A stretch of DNA of 64,000 nucleotides from an uncultured bacterium (GCA_965233025.1 CBDDRH010000110.1:14272-78271), one strand, 5' to 3'; shown: positions 20,876-30,548, numbered from the stretch's first letter. The notes: generated from the sequence alone by a model not told the origin. Numbers and translations: made by a program.

Positions 20876-21847
20876 TCAGCGGAGGAGACGCGCTGCGTCT
20901 TTGGCAAAGTAGGTCAGAATAAGGTCTGCGCCGGCCCGCTTAATCGAGAGCAACGATTCCATCATGGCCCGAGATTCGTCGAGCCAGCCGGCATTGGCGG
21001 CCGCTTTGATCATGCTGTATTCCCCGCTCACGTGATAGGCCGCTACCGGCAACAACATCTGCGCTCTGGCCGCGGCAATGATATCGAGATACGGCAGTGC
21101 CGGTTTCACCATAATGATGTCGGCCCCTTCTTCGACATCGAGGGCGATCTCCCGAAGTGCTTCCCGGCGGTTGGCGGGATCCATCTGGTACGACTGCCGA
21201 TCACCGAATTGAGGGCTCGAAAACGCCGCATCCCGAAACGGCGCATAAAAGCAGGACGCGAATTTAGCGGCATAGGCCATGATCGGCAGTTCTGGAAAAC
21301 CAGCCTGATCCAGTTCCGCCCGGATCGCCGCTACCCGCCCATCCATCATATCGGACGGGGCCACCATATCGGCGCCGGCTTGCGCATGGGTTTTGGCCAT
21401 CGCACGGAGACACTCCAACGTTTCATCGTTGAGGATGCGACCGTTCTTGACGATACCGCAATGGCCGTGATCGGTATACTCATCGATGCAGACGTCGGTC
21501 ACGACCATCAGCCCTGGGACCTGGTCCTTCACTGCTCTGACTGCCCGCTGTACGATGCCGTTCGGATCGAATCCTGAACTTCCGCGATCATCTTTCCGAT
21601 CAGGAACCCCAAAGAGGATGATGGCGGAAATCCCCAAGGCCGCAACCTCACTCGCCTCTTTGACCAAGAGATCGACCGAAAGCCGGTACTGACCAGGCAT
21701 CGAGGAGATCTCCTCCCGCCGATCCCGTCCTTCGACGACGAACAGCGGATAGATCAAGTCGGCCGGGGCCAGGCTCGTCTCCCGTACCATACGACGAAAG
21801 GCCTCATGTTGCCGCAGCCGCCGAAGGCGCTGTATTGGGAAAGCCAT
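20876..21847 (-). CDS. hemB: porphobilinogen synthase (delta-aminolevulinate dehydratase)
   Basis: [21 protein letters not shown] (Schiff-base Lys) and YHVSGEY. Confidence 0.96.
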   Translation of the reverse strand: MAFPIQRLRRLRQHEAFRRMVRETSLAPADLIYPLFVVEGRDRREEISSMPGQYRLSVDLLVKEASEVAALGISAIILFGVPDRKDDRGSSGFDPNGIVQRAVRAVKDQVPGLMVVTDVCIDEYTDHGHCGIVKNGRILNDETLECLRAMAKTHAQAGADMVAPSDMMDGRVAAIRAELDQAGFPELPIMAYAAKFASCFYAPFRDAAFSSPQFGDRQSYQMDPANRREALREIALDVEEGADIIMVKPALPYLDIIAAARAQMLLPVAAYHVSGEYSMIKAAANAGWLDESRAMMESLLSIKRAGADLILTYFAKDAARLLR

Positions 21848-21851
21848 CGGA

Positions 21852-22244
21852 TCACTTCCTCGGGAGATTCGTCAAGAACACCACGATGTCGCGCACAGAA
21901 ATCATGCCGACCAATTTTCCACCCTGAGTCACGCCGAGATGTCGGATATGCGTTTTGGCCATCAGATCGTTGGCGTCTAATACGGTCTTATCCTCTTCGA
22001 TCGTCACGATCGGAGCCGACATAATCTGTTCGGCTGTCGTCTTGTGTGTATCAACACCAACCGCAACCACGCGCCGGACCATATCGGTATCCGTGAGGAG
22101 GCCGATGATCTCTTTCCCATTCGTCACGAACAGGCTGCCGATACCACGATCGCGCATGATTCGTGCTGCTGTCTGTGCATCTGTATCACGCTCAACGTTA
22201 ACAAATTTCTCCCTCGGAACCATGAACGACTTGACTGGAACCAT
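21852..22244 (-). CDS. CBS-pair domain protein
   Basis: 130 aa consisting of two CBS repeats ([23 protein letters not shown] and [20 protein letters not shown]). Confidence 0.8.
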   Translation of the reverse strand: MVPVKSFMVPREKFVNVERDTDAQTAARIMRDRGIGSLFVTNGKEIIGLLTDTDMVRRVVAVGVDTHKTTAEQIMSAPIVTIEEDKTVLDANDLMAKTHIRHLGVTQGGKLVGMISVRDIVVFLTNLPRK

Positions 22245-22296
22245 ATCATGCCCTCCCTTGGCTAATTCATTCCATTACCCTGCAGTCTATATTGGC

Positions 22297-23862
22297 CTAA
22301 CTGCGCGTAGAAACGGTGATGCGCGCCCCTTCCTTGAAATGCTTCACGATCGATTCTGCGAGCGCCGGCACAGTATTCTCAGCCGGCATCACCGTGACCG
22401 TCACTCCATACTCTTCCGCCGTCCGTGCCGTAATGGGTCCGATGCAGGCCACTACCGTCCCTGCGAGAAGAGGCATCACTCTGTCACGCCCTCCTAAAAG
22501 GTCCACGAAATTGCGGACGGTGGAGGAACTCGTGAATGTCACCACCGCCACATCGCCATCTTGAAGCTGTTGCGTCAAAGATGCAACGTCCACCGTCGGA
22601 GCGATCGTGCGATAGACAGGAATCACTTCGACGGTTGCCCCCAACTCACGCAACTGATCCGGCAGGATTTCGCGAGCGACTTCAGCGCGTGGAATCAATA
22701 TGCGGCTCCCACGGATTCCCTCATGAGCTAATGCGGCAATCACACCCTCCGCCTGAAATTCGGTTGGCATGACATCTGGAGTCAATCCATAGGCTCCCAG
22801 TTCCTGCGCAGTTCTTGGTCCAATCGCGCACAGACGAAGATTCGTCAACGCACGCGCATCTTTCCCTGCTGCATGAAGCCGGTCCATAAAGGGTCTCACC
22901 CCGTTCACACTGGTAAAAATAAGCCATTGATAGGTGCTGAGACGAGTCATCGCGTCATCGATCGCCTCCCAACTGGCCGGAGGCACGATCTGAATCGTTG
23001 GAACTTCAACCGGCTCCGCGCCATAGGCCACCAACAGTTGGGAAAACTCTCTTGCCTGCTCCTGTGGGCGGGTCAGTACGACTCGTTTCCCAAAAAGCGG
23101 TTTTGTTTCAAACCAATTCAGCTGTCCTCGTAACCGCACGACCTCACCCACGACGATCACCGTCGGCGGTTCGAGATGCGCGGCTTCCGCTTTTGAGACA
23201 ATATCGCCCAATGTCCCCACTATGGTCTGTTGAGCAGCTTTGGTCCCCCAACGGATCGCCGCAACCAGTGTGTCGGACGGCCGTCCTTCCGACAGTAACT
23301 GCCTGACGATCAAGGGGAGATTCTTCATGCCCATCATGAACACGAGTGTCCCGGATGTACTGGCCAATTTGGGCCATTCTAATAATGCCACCGGTTTGGT
23401 GGGATCTTCATGACCGGTCACAAACGTCACCGTGGATGCCAACGTGCGATGGGTCACCGGAATACCCGCATATGCAGGAACCGCGACCGCCGCCGACACA
23501 CCAGGCACAAGCTCGAAGTCAACTCCTGCGGCAGCCACCGCTTCTGCCTCTTCTCCACCGCGTCCAAAGACAAATGGATCTCCCCCTTTGAGCCGAATCA
23601 CCACGTTCCCCTCTTTGGCGCGTTCAATGAGTAGTCTGTTGATATCGGCTTGGTCTTGATACTGCCCACGCCCCCGCCGACCGACATAGATACGCTCTGC
23701 CGTGGGCGGCGCATACTGCAGCAAAACCGGATTGGCGAGATAATCGTACAGAACGACATCGGCCGCCTCAAGACACTCCTTCCCTTTCAGCGTCAAAAGC
23801 CCAGGATCCCCTGGACCCGCTCCGACCAAATAGACCTTCCCAGATTTGCTCGGTTTCGTCAT
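22297..23862 (-). CDS. cobA-hemD: uroporphyrinogen-III C-methyltransferase / uroporphyrinogen-III synthase fusion
   Basis: N-terminal TP_methylase motif VYLVGAGPGDPGLLTLKG. The C-terminal ~250 aa are HEM4-like. ATGA overlap with the hemC stop. Confidence 0.88.
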   Translation of the reverse strand: MTKPSKSGKVYLVGAGPGDPGLLTLKGKECLEAADVVLYDYLANPVLLQYAPPTAERIYVGRRGRGQYQDQADINRLLIERAKEGNVVIRLKGGDPFVFGRGGEEAEAVAAAGVDFELVPGVSAAVAVPAYAGIPVTHRTLASTVTFVTGHEDPTKPVALLEWPKLASTSGTLVFMMGMKNLPLIVRQLLSEGRPSDTLVAAIRWGTKAAQQTIVGTLGDIVSKAEAAHLEPPTVIVVGEVVRLRGQLNWFETKPLFGKRVVLTRPQEQAREFSQLLVAYGAEPVEVPTIQIVPPASWEAIDDAMTRLSTYQWLIFTSVNGVRPFMDRLHAAGKDARALTNLRLCAIGPRTAQELGAYGLTPDVMPTEFQAEGVIAALAHEGIRGSRILIPRAEVAREILPDQLRELGATVEVIPVYRTIAPTVDVASLTQQLQDGDVAVVTFTSSSTVRNFVDLLGGRDRVMPLLAGTVVACIGPITARTAEEYGVTVTVMPAENTVPALAESIVKHFKEGARITVSTRS

Positions 23863-24806
23863 GTGGTCCCGTAAATCGCTTGGAGTATTCTATCGCCCCC
23901 GCGGGTAAGCAGCCGTTCCGCGAGTTGAATCCCGATCGACTCCGGATCCTCAATTGTTCCTTCAATCGAATCGCGAAGGAGTTCTTTGCCATCAACGCTG
24001 GATACCAATCCTTCCAGTCTTACCCGTGTCCCAGTCACTGTCGCATGCGCCGCGATCGGAACCTGACAGCCTCCTTGAAGCCGATGGAGCAACGCACGTT
24101 CGGCAAGAACGGCTGTCATACTCGATGCATGGTCCAAACCATTCAACAGTGAGCGAACGAAGAGATCGTCTCGCCGGCCCTCTATGCCCAGCGCCCCCTG
24201 GCCGATAGCCGGCAAACTGATCTCCGGCGCAAGATACTCCGTAATCTCATGCGCCCAGGCCAATCGCCGGAGCCCGGCTGCGGCAAGCACGATGGCGTCG
24301 AACTGTCCCTCTCGTAATTTCCTGAGACGGGTGTCCAAGTTCCCACGTAACATGGCAATCGTGAGATCCGGTCTGGCATGCAGGAGCTGCGATTGTCGGC
24401 GCAGGCTGCTGGTCCCAATTCTGGCGCCATGAGGAAGGTCCATGAACGACCGCCCATCACGACTAATCAAGGCATCCCGAGGATCTTCCCTTGGCGGCAC
24501 ACAGAGAATCGCCAATCCCTCGGGCAACTCCGTGGGGACATCTTTCATGCTATGCACCGCCAAATCAATCTCACCGCTCAACAGCGCTTCCTCGATCTCC
24601 TTTACGAACAATCCCTTTCCGCCAATTTGGGCCAATGGGACGTCCAGAATCTTGTCTCCCGACGTTTGAATCTTCTGCAACGTCACCGTCACATGCGGAG
24701 CCAGCGCGTGCAACTGTCCCTGCACCCACTCGCTCTGCTGCACCGCCAACTTACTGCCGCGCGTTCCAAGCACGACGGTTGATCGTTCACGGCCTGTCTG
24801 GTTCAT
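23859..24806 (-). CDS. hemC: hydroxymethylbilane synthase (porphobilinogen deaminase)
   Basis: VLGTRGSKLAVQQ and HSMKDVP. ORF track start 24917 would add 37 aa (FVWFLWF..NQINQ) read from a repeat element, so ATG 24806 (MNQTGRERSTVVLGTRGS) is preferred. Confidence 0.9.
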   Translation of the reverse strand: MNQTGRERSTVVLGTRGSKLAVQQSEWVQGQLHALAPHVTVTLQKIQTSGDKILDVPLAQIGGKGLFVKEIEEALLSGEIDLAVHSMKDVPTELPEGLAILCVPPREDPRDALISRDGRSFMDLPHGARIGTSSLRRQSQLLHARPDLTIAMLRGNLDTRLRKLREGQFDAIVLAAAGLRRLAWAHEITEYLAPEISLPAIGQGALGIEGRRDDLFVRSLLNGLDHASSMTAVLAERALLHRLQGGCQVPIAAHATVTGTRVRLEGLVSSVDGKELLRDSIEGTIEDPESIGIQLAERLLTRGGDRILQAIYGTT

Positions 24807-24916
24807 CTGGTTTCTCTGGTCTATCTGGTTTGTTTTATTTACTTGGTTAATTGGTTCATCTGGTTGGTTTCGTTCAATCAAACACACGAAACAAAACCAA
24901 AGAAACCAAACAAACA
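24796..24916 (-). repeat. structured intergenic repeat with 9-nt periodicity (family B, copy 1)
   Basis: Consecutive 9-mers TGGTTCATC, TGGTTTCTC, TGGTCTATC and TGGTTTGTT at 24799..24834. The 35-nt core at 24853..24887 matches 48848..48882 at 33/35. The right arm is AAACAAAAC, CAAAGAAAC, CAAACAAAC. Confidence 0.75.
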
Positions 24917-24936
24917 ATGTAACGGTCTTCTGACGC

Positions 24937-26328
24937 TCACTGATGCGGCATCTTTGAGCCGGTTCTCGGAATCACCTCTTCAACATCCCGGATATCTTCT
25001 TGTGATGAATGACACGTCTCCGACTCAGTGGACACAGGTTCATTGTCATGAGAGACCGTAGGGTCGCCAAGGCTGAAAAACCGTCGCGCCGCCTCGACAA
25101 AGGCCGCCCCCTCGGAGGAATTTACCTCGGTCTTGAGCGTCACCATCGTATTGTGAATGAGCTTGTTCACGATCGACGACGCCATCGCCTCGACCAATTT
25201 ACGCTCCGGCGCGGATAAATTCCCCAATCGTCCCAAGGTCTTGTCCAACTCGACCTGCTTGATATCATCGACCCGCGCCCGGATAGCCACAATAGTGGGG
25301 GTGACCTCCAGCGACTGGAGCCATTGCTGCACAATTCCGACTTCAGCCACCACAATCCGCTCAGCTTTCTCAGCCTCGTTGAGACGCTCCTCGCGATTTT
25401 GTTCGATCCGTGTCTTCAAATCATCAATGTCGAAGAGAAAGGCGTTGTCCACATGCCGCACCGCCGGATCGATATTGCGCGGGACTGAGATATCGATCAG
25501 GAACATTGGACGGTTCATCCGCTGCTTGACCGAATGCTGCACATCATCCTCACTCACGAGATAGTGCGCGGCACCGGTCGATACCAAGACAATATCGGCG
25601 GAGGCCATATCCTCTCGAAACTCCTCAAAGGCGACCGCGGTACCGCCAAACCGGTTCGCCAGTTCCAGTCCATGTTGCGGATTCCTGGTCGTCACCCGCA
25701 CATGCCGGACGCCGTTGGCAATAAAATGTCTTGCCGCCAACTTCGCCATCTCTCCAGCCCCCACCAAGAGAACCGTCTTCTCGCTTAAATCTGAGAAAAT
25801 CTTTTTCGCTAATTCGACTGCGGCATAGCTGACCGACACCGCCATCTCGGAAATTTTTGTTTCCGTCCGCACGCGTTTCGCGACCGAAATCGCTTTTTTC
25901 ACAACCTTATTCAGGATAAGGCCGGTCGCCTTATGTGTGAGTGCAACCTCGAAGGCCTCTTTGATCTGGCCAAGAATCTGCGACTCTCCGATGATCATGG
26001 AATCCAGACTGGAGGCCACGCGAAACAAATGGCTGATTGCCCGATCCCCTTGGTGCCAGTACATGTGGGGGGTCAGTTGCTCCGAAGACAGCGAAAGGTG
26101 GGCATCAGCCAGGAAATCCTGAATTCGTCCATACCCCGATTCGATCTCATCGACGACGGCATAGACCTCAACACGATTGCACGTCGAGAGTAATATCCCT
26201 TCCCGCACCCCCTGATACGAACAGAGACGGCTTAAGGCTTCGCCCATCCGGCTCTCAGGAACCGCAAGTTTCTCTCGAATTTCGATCGGGGCAGTCTTGT
26301 GGCTTAACCCGACGGCAATAATATGCAT
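24937..26328 (-). CDS. hemA: glutamyl-tRNA reductase
   Basis: MHIIAVGLSHKTAPIEIREK, LSTCNRVEVY and NADPH site LLVGAGEMA. Start moved from 26391 to ATG 26328, directly after the upstream stop. Confidence 0.93.
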   Translation of the reverse strand: MHIIAVGLSHKTAPIEIREKLAVPESRMGEALSRLCSYQGVREGILLSTCNRVEVYAVVDEIESGYGRIQDFLADAHLSLSSEQLTPHMYWHQGDRAISHLFRVASSLDSMIIGESQILGQIKEAFEVALTHKATGLILNKVVKKAISVAKRVRTETKISEMAVSVSYAAVELAKKIFSDLSEKTVLLVGAGEMAKLAARHFIANGVRHVRVTTRNPQHGLELANRFGGTAVAFEEFREDMASADIVLVSTGAAHYLVSEDDVQHSVKQRMNRPMFLIDISVPRNIDPAVRHVDNAFLFDIDDLKTRIEQNREERLNEAEKAERIVVAEVGIVQQWLQSLEVTPTIVAIRARVDDIKQVELDKTLGRLGNLSAPERKLVEAMASSIVNKLIHNTMVTLKTEVNSSEGAAFVEAARRFFSLGDPTVSHDNEPVSTESETCHSSQEDIRDVEEVIPRTGSKMPHQ

Positions 26329-26329
26329 A

Positions 26330-27133
26330 TTACGACACCGGTCCGTGACTCTTGAGGACCACGCCGATGAGAGTAAGAATAACACCGGCAAATCCGATAA
26401 TCGTCAAGTATGCCGCTCGCTTAGCTCTCCAACCCACCGTCAGTCGTCCTGTCAGGACGACAAAGTAGAACACCCATGTCACTAAGGCAAACGTTTGCTC
26501 GGGATTCCAGTTCAGATACGTGCCTCGAGAGAACTCGGCTGAAAGCGCACCCGTAATGATGCCAAGCGTGAGTAGCGGAAAGCCCGTGACAATCGACTGT
26601 TGATTCAGGTGATCGAGAAAATCCAGAGCGGGCAACTTTGAGTAGAGAACATTGAAACGTTTGGACTTGAGAAGTCCATCCTGAATCAGATACATGACAC
26701 CAGCCACGAAGGCTACGGCAAACCCCACGGTACCGAGCATGCTCAACGTCACGTGGACCCACAATGTTCGAAACACCGGTGTGAGCGTCGGAGCGGTTTC
26801 CGGCAATGCGGCGGCAGAGACCAGTGAGAGCAATGCCAGGGGCACGATGAACGAGCCAATCACGTGCAGACGATGACGAAACTCCACGATAAGAAAGACC
26901 AAAATCAGCACCCAGGAAAAAAACGACAGGGCTACATGGAATCCTGGCGTCGAAACTTCCGTCACTCCGATCATCCCTGCGCCCAACGCGACCGTGTGCG
27001 AGGCAAACCCAGTCGCCGTCATCCCCAACGAGACGTTTGACAGGCCTTCAGAAGGCCAGAGCAGGTAGGCAAGAAAGGAAATGGTGGCCGCAAAATACAG
27101 GGCCATCGTCACCACGAAAAACATGGCGGCCAT
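26330..27133 (-). CDS. cytochrome c assembly family membrane protein (CcsA/HemX-like)
   Basis: 8-TM-type protein with the Trp-rich motif YLNWNPEQTFALVTW. It sits immediately upstream of hemA, as in hemAX-type operons. Confidence 0.78.
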   Translation of the reverse strand: MAAMFFVVTMALYFAATISFLAYLLWPSEGLSNVSLGMTATGFASHTVALGAGMIGVTEVSTPGFHVALSFFSWVLILVFLIVEFRHRLHVIGSFIVPLALLSLVSAAALPETAPTLTPVFRTLWVHVTLSMLGTVGFAVAFVAGVMYLIQDGLLKSKRFNVLYSKLPALDFLDHLNQQSIVTGFPLLTLGIITGALSAEFSRGTYLNWNPEQTFALVTWVFYFVVLTGRLTVGWRAKRAAYLTIIGFAGVILTLIGVVLKSHGPVS

Positions 27134-27195
27134 AGAGGGCTATCCTCTCAACTTTTCAGGACAAACAGACTGACATTAAGCGGGGAATTATATCG

Positions 27196-27951
27196 ATGGC
27201 GCGAGATGGGAGTCAACCAAACGATCAGGGAGGAAGAGACCGGACGGCCATATCTCACCCTACCGGCACTCTCTTTGTCGTCAGTATGCCGATTGGTCAC
27301 CCCGATGACATTACGCTTCGGGCCCTTGCCACACTGCGCCACGCTACGGTTGTTGCGTCAGAGGACCCCCGCGTGACTCAGGCACTCCTGGCTCATCATG
27401 GTATCACTGCAACAATCACAAGCTACGGTCCGCTCAATCGCGACGAGAAAATACAGCTTCTTTTGCATCGGCTTACACAGGGACAGGATGTCGCCCTTGT
27501 TTCAGACAACGGCACACCAGTCATCTACGACCCAGGTAGTCTACTTGTGGCTGCTGCCCACCGGACGGGAATCCCGGTCAAAGCTATTCCTGGTCCCTCT
27601 ACCATGACGACAGCGGCAGCAATCTCTGGCTTTTCCGGTGATGCAATCATTTTTGAGGGGCACCTCCCCTCAACCAGTCATCGTCTCGCGCAATATCTCT
27701 CGCGACTCCGCAAAGAACGAAGAACCCTCGTCTTCTATGTGGATCCCGGAACTCTCAGCAGGCTGCTGAAAACCTTGGCACGGATAGTCCCTACCAGACA
27801 TATCGCCATCGCCATAGATCTCACGACACGCAGGGAAACCCTCTTTCGCGGAAAGCCTGGTGAGCTGCTTGATCGGATCGGGTCTGTGTCGAAGAATTCA
27901 GCAGTGACGGTCGTCATTGAAGGCGATAGAGGAGGATCACGCACACGATGA
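27196..27951 (+). CDS. rsmI: 16S rRNA (cytidine1402-2'-O)-methyltransferase-like (tetrapyrrole methylase fold)
   Basis: GTLFVVSMPIGHPDDITLRALATL, VASEDPRVT and SDNGTPVIYDPG are typical of RsmI. Confidence 0.78.
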   Translation: MARDGSQPNDQGGRDRTAISHPTGTLFVVSMPIGHPDDITLRALATLRHATVVASEDPRVTQALLAHHGITATITSYGPLNRDEKIQLLLHRLTQGQDVALVSDNGTPVIYDPGSLLVAAAHRTGIPVKAIPGPSTMTTAAAISGFSGDAIIFEGHLPSTSHRLAQYLSRLRKERRTLVFYVDPGTLSRLLKTLARIVPTRHIAIAIDLTTRRETLFRGKPGELLDRIGSVSKNSAVTVVIEGDRGGSRTR

Positions 27952-27969
27952 GCAGAAGAATGCCGCGTA

Positions 27970-28242
27970 TTACTCGTCTTCGCGGCGGCGAATGAGTACT
28001 CGATAGGACCCTTCAATACGATCTTGCGAAAGGACGGTGTGCCCCTCATTACTCACACTTCGGGGTACATTCCGTATCGGGTCGCCATCGTCCAACAGCA
28101 CTGAAAGAATCTGCCCTTGCTCCATTGTTTCCAGCTTCAACTTCGTTTTGACGAAGTTATAGGGGCAAATTACTCCCCGTAAATCCAACTCAGTATCCGG
28201 TTGACCATTCAATGTCGTGTGTCCCTCCCCCTCTCCAACCAC
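27970..28242 (-). CDS. TusA/SirA-like sulfur-carrier family protein
   Basis: LDLRGVICPYNFVKTKL, a conserved-Cys motif resembling the TusA CPxP motif. GTG start at 28242 with an AAGGAG SD 6 nt upstream. Confidence 0.6.
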   Translation of the reverse strand: MVGEGEGHTTLNGQPDTELDLRGVICPYNFVKTKLKLETMEQGQILSVLLDDGDPIRNVPRSVSNEGHTVLSQDRIEGSYRVLIRRREDE

Positions 28243-28354
28243 GGCCTTCTCCTTCGCAATAATCTTGACGATTCACCACACTGGGCAGGGCCAATCCTAG
28301 CAAGGAGTCCGCGGCCCTGCAAGCACGACTCCTGGTATACGGGATGGTGAACAC

Positions 28355-28383
28355 AAAAAAAGGGGCAGCATTTCGCTGCCCCT
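28355..28383 (-). terminator. rho-independent terminator after the secreted-protein gene
   Basis: Minus-strand RNA reads GGGGCAGC-gaaau-GCUGCCCC followed by seven U (A-run at 28355..28361 on the plus strand). Confidence 0.7.
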
Positions 28384-28412
28384 TTGATACCACGACGGAG
28401 TGTATCTTGACG

Positions 28413-29156
28413 TCAGTTCAGACCTTTGACCAAGTTTGGCTTGGTGTAGTCCGTTCCATAATCCGACTTCGCTCCTGGAGCTGCATTGCCCCATCCTGGC
28501 TGTGGTTCACACTGCCAGCAAGGAGCGGCGCCGGTGTATTCACCGACCGGGCTGGTAATGCCGGATTCGATCTTTCCTGGAAGCACAGAGCCACCAATGC
28601 CACCGGTGGTGGAACCACTGTTCGTTTCAATCCCACGCTCACTCCCGGGGTTCGGGCGCTGTCCAAGCCCACCGAAACCAGCAAGCTTCTCATTGCCACG
28701 CATAACAGTGATCTCACGGACAATCTTACGTCCCGTGCCGAACGGCTGAGCCGCACTCGTTTCCTCGAACGCCTGAATGGTCACATCATCACCAGACTCA
28801 AGCATACGAATCTGATCGAAATTGGTCTTATCATCAAAGTACACCGTGCGGTAGTTCATCGCGCCACCACCTGCACGTCCCTCGTCGTGAGAGCTTCCAC
28901 CCATCTCAAGATACAGTTTCTTGCCCGGAAGGTCGAGACCAATCAAGCGCCCATACATAGTTTCGGCCTGCGACAACCGATCAAGGAACTGGGTTCGATC
29001 GAACGTGGTCACGCGAGTACTCGACCCAGACACATCGCCAACTCCCTCGCCTACACCCATCCCAGATTGGTTGGACTGCAAGCGCTCCTGAGCGATTGAC
29101 ATACTCGCAGCACCGACAAGAATAATTGCCGCGCCCAGTGCCAACACGCTACGCAT
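28413..29156 (-). CDS. secreted Gly-rich hypothetical protein
   Basis: Signal peptide MRSVLALGAAIILVGAASMSIAQE and a strong SD (AAGGAGG). I recognise no family. C-terminal motif is CWQCEPQPGWG. Confidence 0.6.
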   Translation of the reverse strand: MRSVLALGAAIILVGAASMSIAQERLQSNQSGMGVGEGVGDVSGSSTRVTTFDRTQFLDRLSQAETMYGRLIGLDLPGKKLYLEMGGSSHDEGRAGGGAMNYRTVYFDDKTNFDQIRMLESGDDVTIQAFEETSAAQPFGTGRKIVREITVMRGNEKLAGFGGLGQRPNPGSERGIETNSGSTTGGIGGSVLPGKIESGITSPVGEYTGAAPCWQCEPQPGWGNAAPGAKSDYGTDYTKPNLVKGLN

Positions 29157-29390
29157 GTGCTGCCTCCTTGGTGAGATTTAGAGAACGAATTGACGTGGCG
29201 GACACTAAGATGGGACCAACATCATGATTGTGAAGCTTTCTCATCACTCTCGACCGCAAACTATAGGCTACCCATTTGGTCATGTCAACTGGGATATGCA
29301 GCGTGTGATTTGTTTCAACTTCGCGCACAATCCGCTCACCCCCCAGCGTCACTAACGCCCGTGTTCTACCTTCCGACAGCTGTGAACCGA

Positions 29391-29477
29391 TGGTGCCCAG
29401 AGGGAGGGTCGAACTCCCACTCTCTTGCGAGAACCGGATTTTGAGTCCGGCGCGTCTGCCAGTTCCGCCATCCGGGC
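29391..29477 (-). tRNA. tRNA-Leu (anticodon CAA), CCA encoded
   Basis: The reverse complement GCCCGGATGGCGGAACTGGCAGACGCGCCGGACTCAAAATCCGGTTCTCGCAAGAGAGTGGGAGTTCGACCCTCCCTCTGGGCACCA folds as a class II cloverleaf. It has a 7-bp acceptor stem (GCCCGGA/TCTGGGC), anticodon stem CCGGA/TCCGG with loop CTCAAAA, a long variable arm, and T-arm GGGAG-TTCGACC-CTCCC. Confidence 0.93.
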
Positions 29478-29500
29478 CTATAGATTTTTAAAAGGAATTC

Positions 29501-29529
29501 TTCTTAGCACGAAGCCATGTGCGGGTCAA
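29501..29529 (-). promoter_or_regulatory. candidate sigma70-type promoter for tRNA-Leu
   Basis: On the minus strand, TTGACC (29529..29524), 17-nt spacer, TAAGAA (29506..29501), about 25 nt upstream of the tRNA 5' end. Confidence 0.35.
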
Positions 29530-29620
29530 TCCACTCCCCCTCTTTATCTTCGCACGACCGCAGTGTTACAATTCCCATCTCACACTCACTTCATAATCTT
29601 TTCGGGAGGATCCTCATACC

Positions 29621-29899
29621 ATGGCAGATGTCCAGTGTGTCACGTGTGGACAGGTCGGAGAAACTATTACAGATCCTCTCTTCATGGGGAAGCTTGAATC
29701 CGAGATTAAAGCCAAGGTCTGCAAACCCTGCTGGAAAAAGTGGGAAGGCATGCGGGTCATGGTCATCAACGAGTATCAGATCAACCTGGGCGATGAGAGC
29801 GGTAGAGAACTCGTGAAGAAGCAGATGAAGGCCTTCCTCAAACTTGGCGAGCAAACTGATACCGGGAAACTGGATCAGAACTATCGCCCACCGGCCTAA
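29621..29899 (+). CDS. YggX-like Fe(2+)-trafficking / oxidative damage protection protein
   Basis: 92 aa. The pattern CVTCGQ..G..L...I...VCKPCWKKWEGMRVMVINEYQINL parallels E. coli YggX (..AWAQWQHKQTMLINEKKLN..). SD GGGAGGA lies upstream. Confidence 0.65.
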   Translation: MADVQCVTCGQVGETITDPLFMGKLESEIKAKVCKPCWKKWEGMRVMVINEYQINLGDESGRELVKKQMKAFLKLGEQTDTGKLDQNYRPPA

Positions 29900-30092
29900 G
29901 CGTAAACAGCTCTGCGCCGGCATATGGTCCTTGACGAGGCCTTTGTTCTGTGAATTTCTTCAGCGATCTCGCAGGCTTCGTTGACAGGCCAACTTCGGAA
30001 ATGTTAGAGTTGGCACTTCTTAATCCATCTGTCAGGGTGATCAGCATCTCCTCACAGCCCATTTAAGAAGAGGGATAAGGAGCCGGTTTGCC

Positions 30093-30548
30093 GTGATTTC
30101 ACAGATGCACGTAAAAGGGTTGATGTTCGACCCCTATAATAACGCGTATATCGTGGTGCTGCGTGACGAAGAGCATTCCGACATGCTCCCCATATGGGTT
30201 GGCAAGTCAGAGGCTGGCGCGATCAGCATGTCACTGGAAAACGTCACACCTCCCCGGCCAATGACGCACGACTTCATGAAATCCCTCCTCGATGCCTACA
30301 ACGCGAAAGTCATCAGCGTCGTCATCACAGACTTGTCGGAGCACACCTATTTTTCGAAAATCCATTTGATGTACGAAGACTCAGAATATACCGTCGACGC
30401 CAGGCCCAGCGACGCGATTGCACTTGCGCTTCGAAGTAATGCACCGGTGTTTGCGAATAATTCTGTCATCGCCAAACAGAGCTCCGAAGAACTCGGGCAG
30501 TGGCTGGAAAATCTTAAGCCGGAAGATTTCGGCAAACTGGACTCCTGA
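30093..30548 (+). CDS. bifunctional nuclease family protein (DUF151/BFN), paralog 1
   Basis: LPIWVGKSEAGAISMSL, PRPMTHDFM and [13 protein letters not shown] are conserved BFN-domain blocks. Confidence 0.8.
   Translation: MISQMHVKGLMFDPYNNAYIVVLRDEEHSDMLPIWVGKSEAGAISMSLENVTPPRPMTHDFMKSLLDAYNAKVISVVITDLSEHTYFSKIHLMYEDSEYTVDARPSDAIALALRSNAPVFANNSVIAKQSSEELGQWLENLKPEDFGKLDS

Noticed and set aside
20681-21577. 298-aa plus-strand ORF
   Set aside because: It is entirely antisense to hemB/ribF, whose products carry unmistakable conserved motifs. Its own translation is Arg/Gly/Pro-rich and low-complexity, as expected for shadow ORFs in GC-rich DNA.
24799-24870. Possible CRISPR array, because of the regularly spaced short repeats
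   Set aside because: The period is only 9 nt with no spacers, there are no cas genes in the window, and the repeats are part of a hairpin-type element.
24807-24917. Longest-ORF N-terminal extensions (hemC to 24917, hemA to 26391, lnt from 40379, ligA from 56527, trpC to 52670, trpF to 51763, ACT to 61441)
   Set aside because: The extensions overlap upstream genes or repeats and are absent from the canonical N-termini of these families. Internal starts give standard lengths and tight gene spacing.
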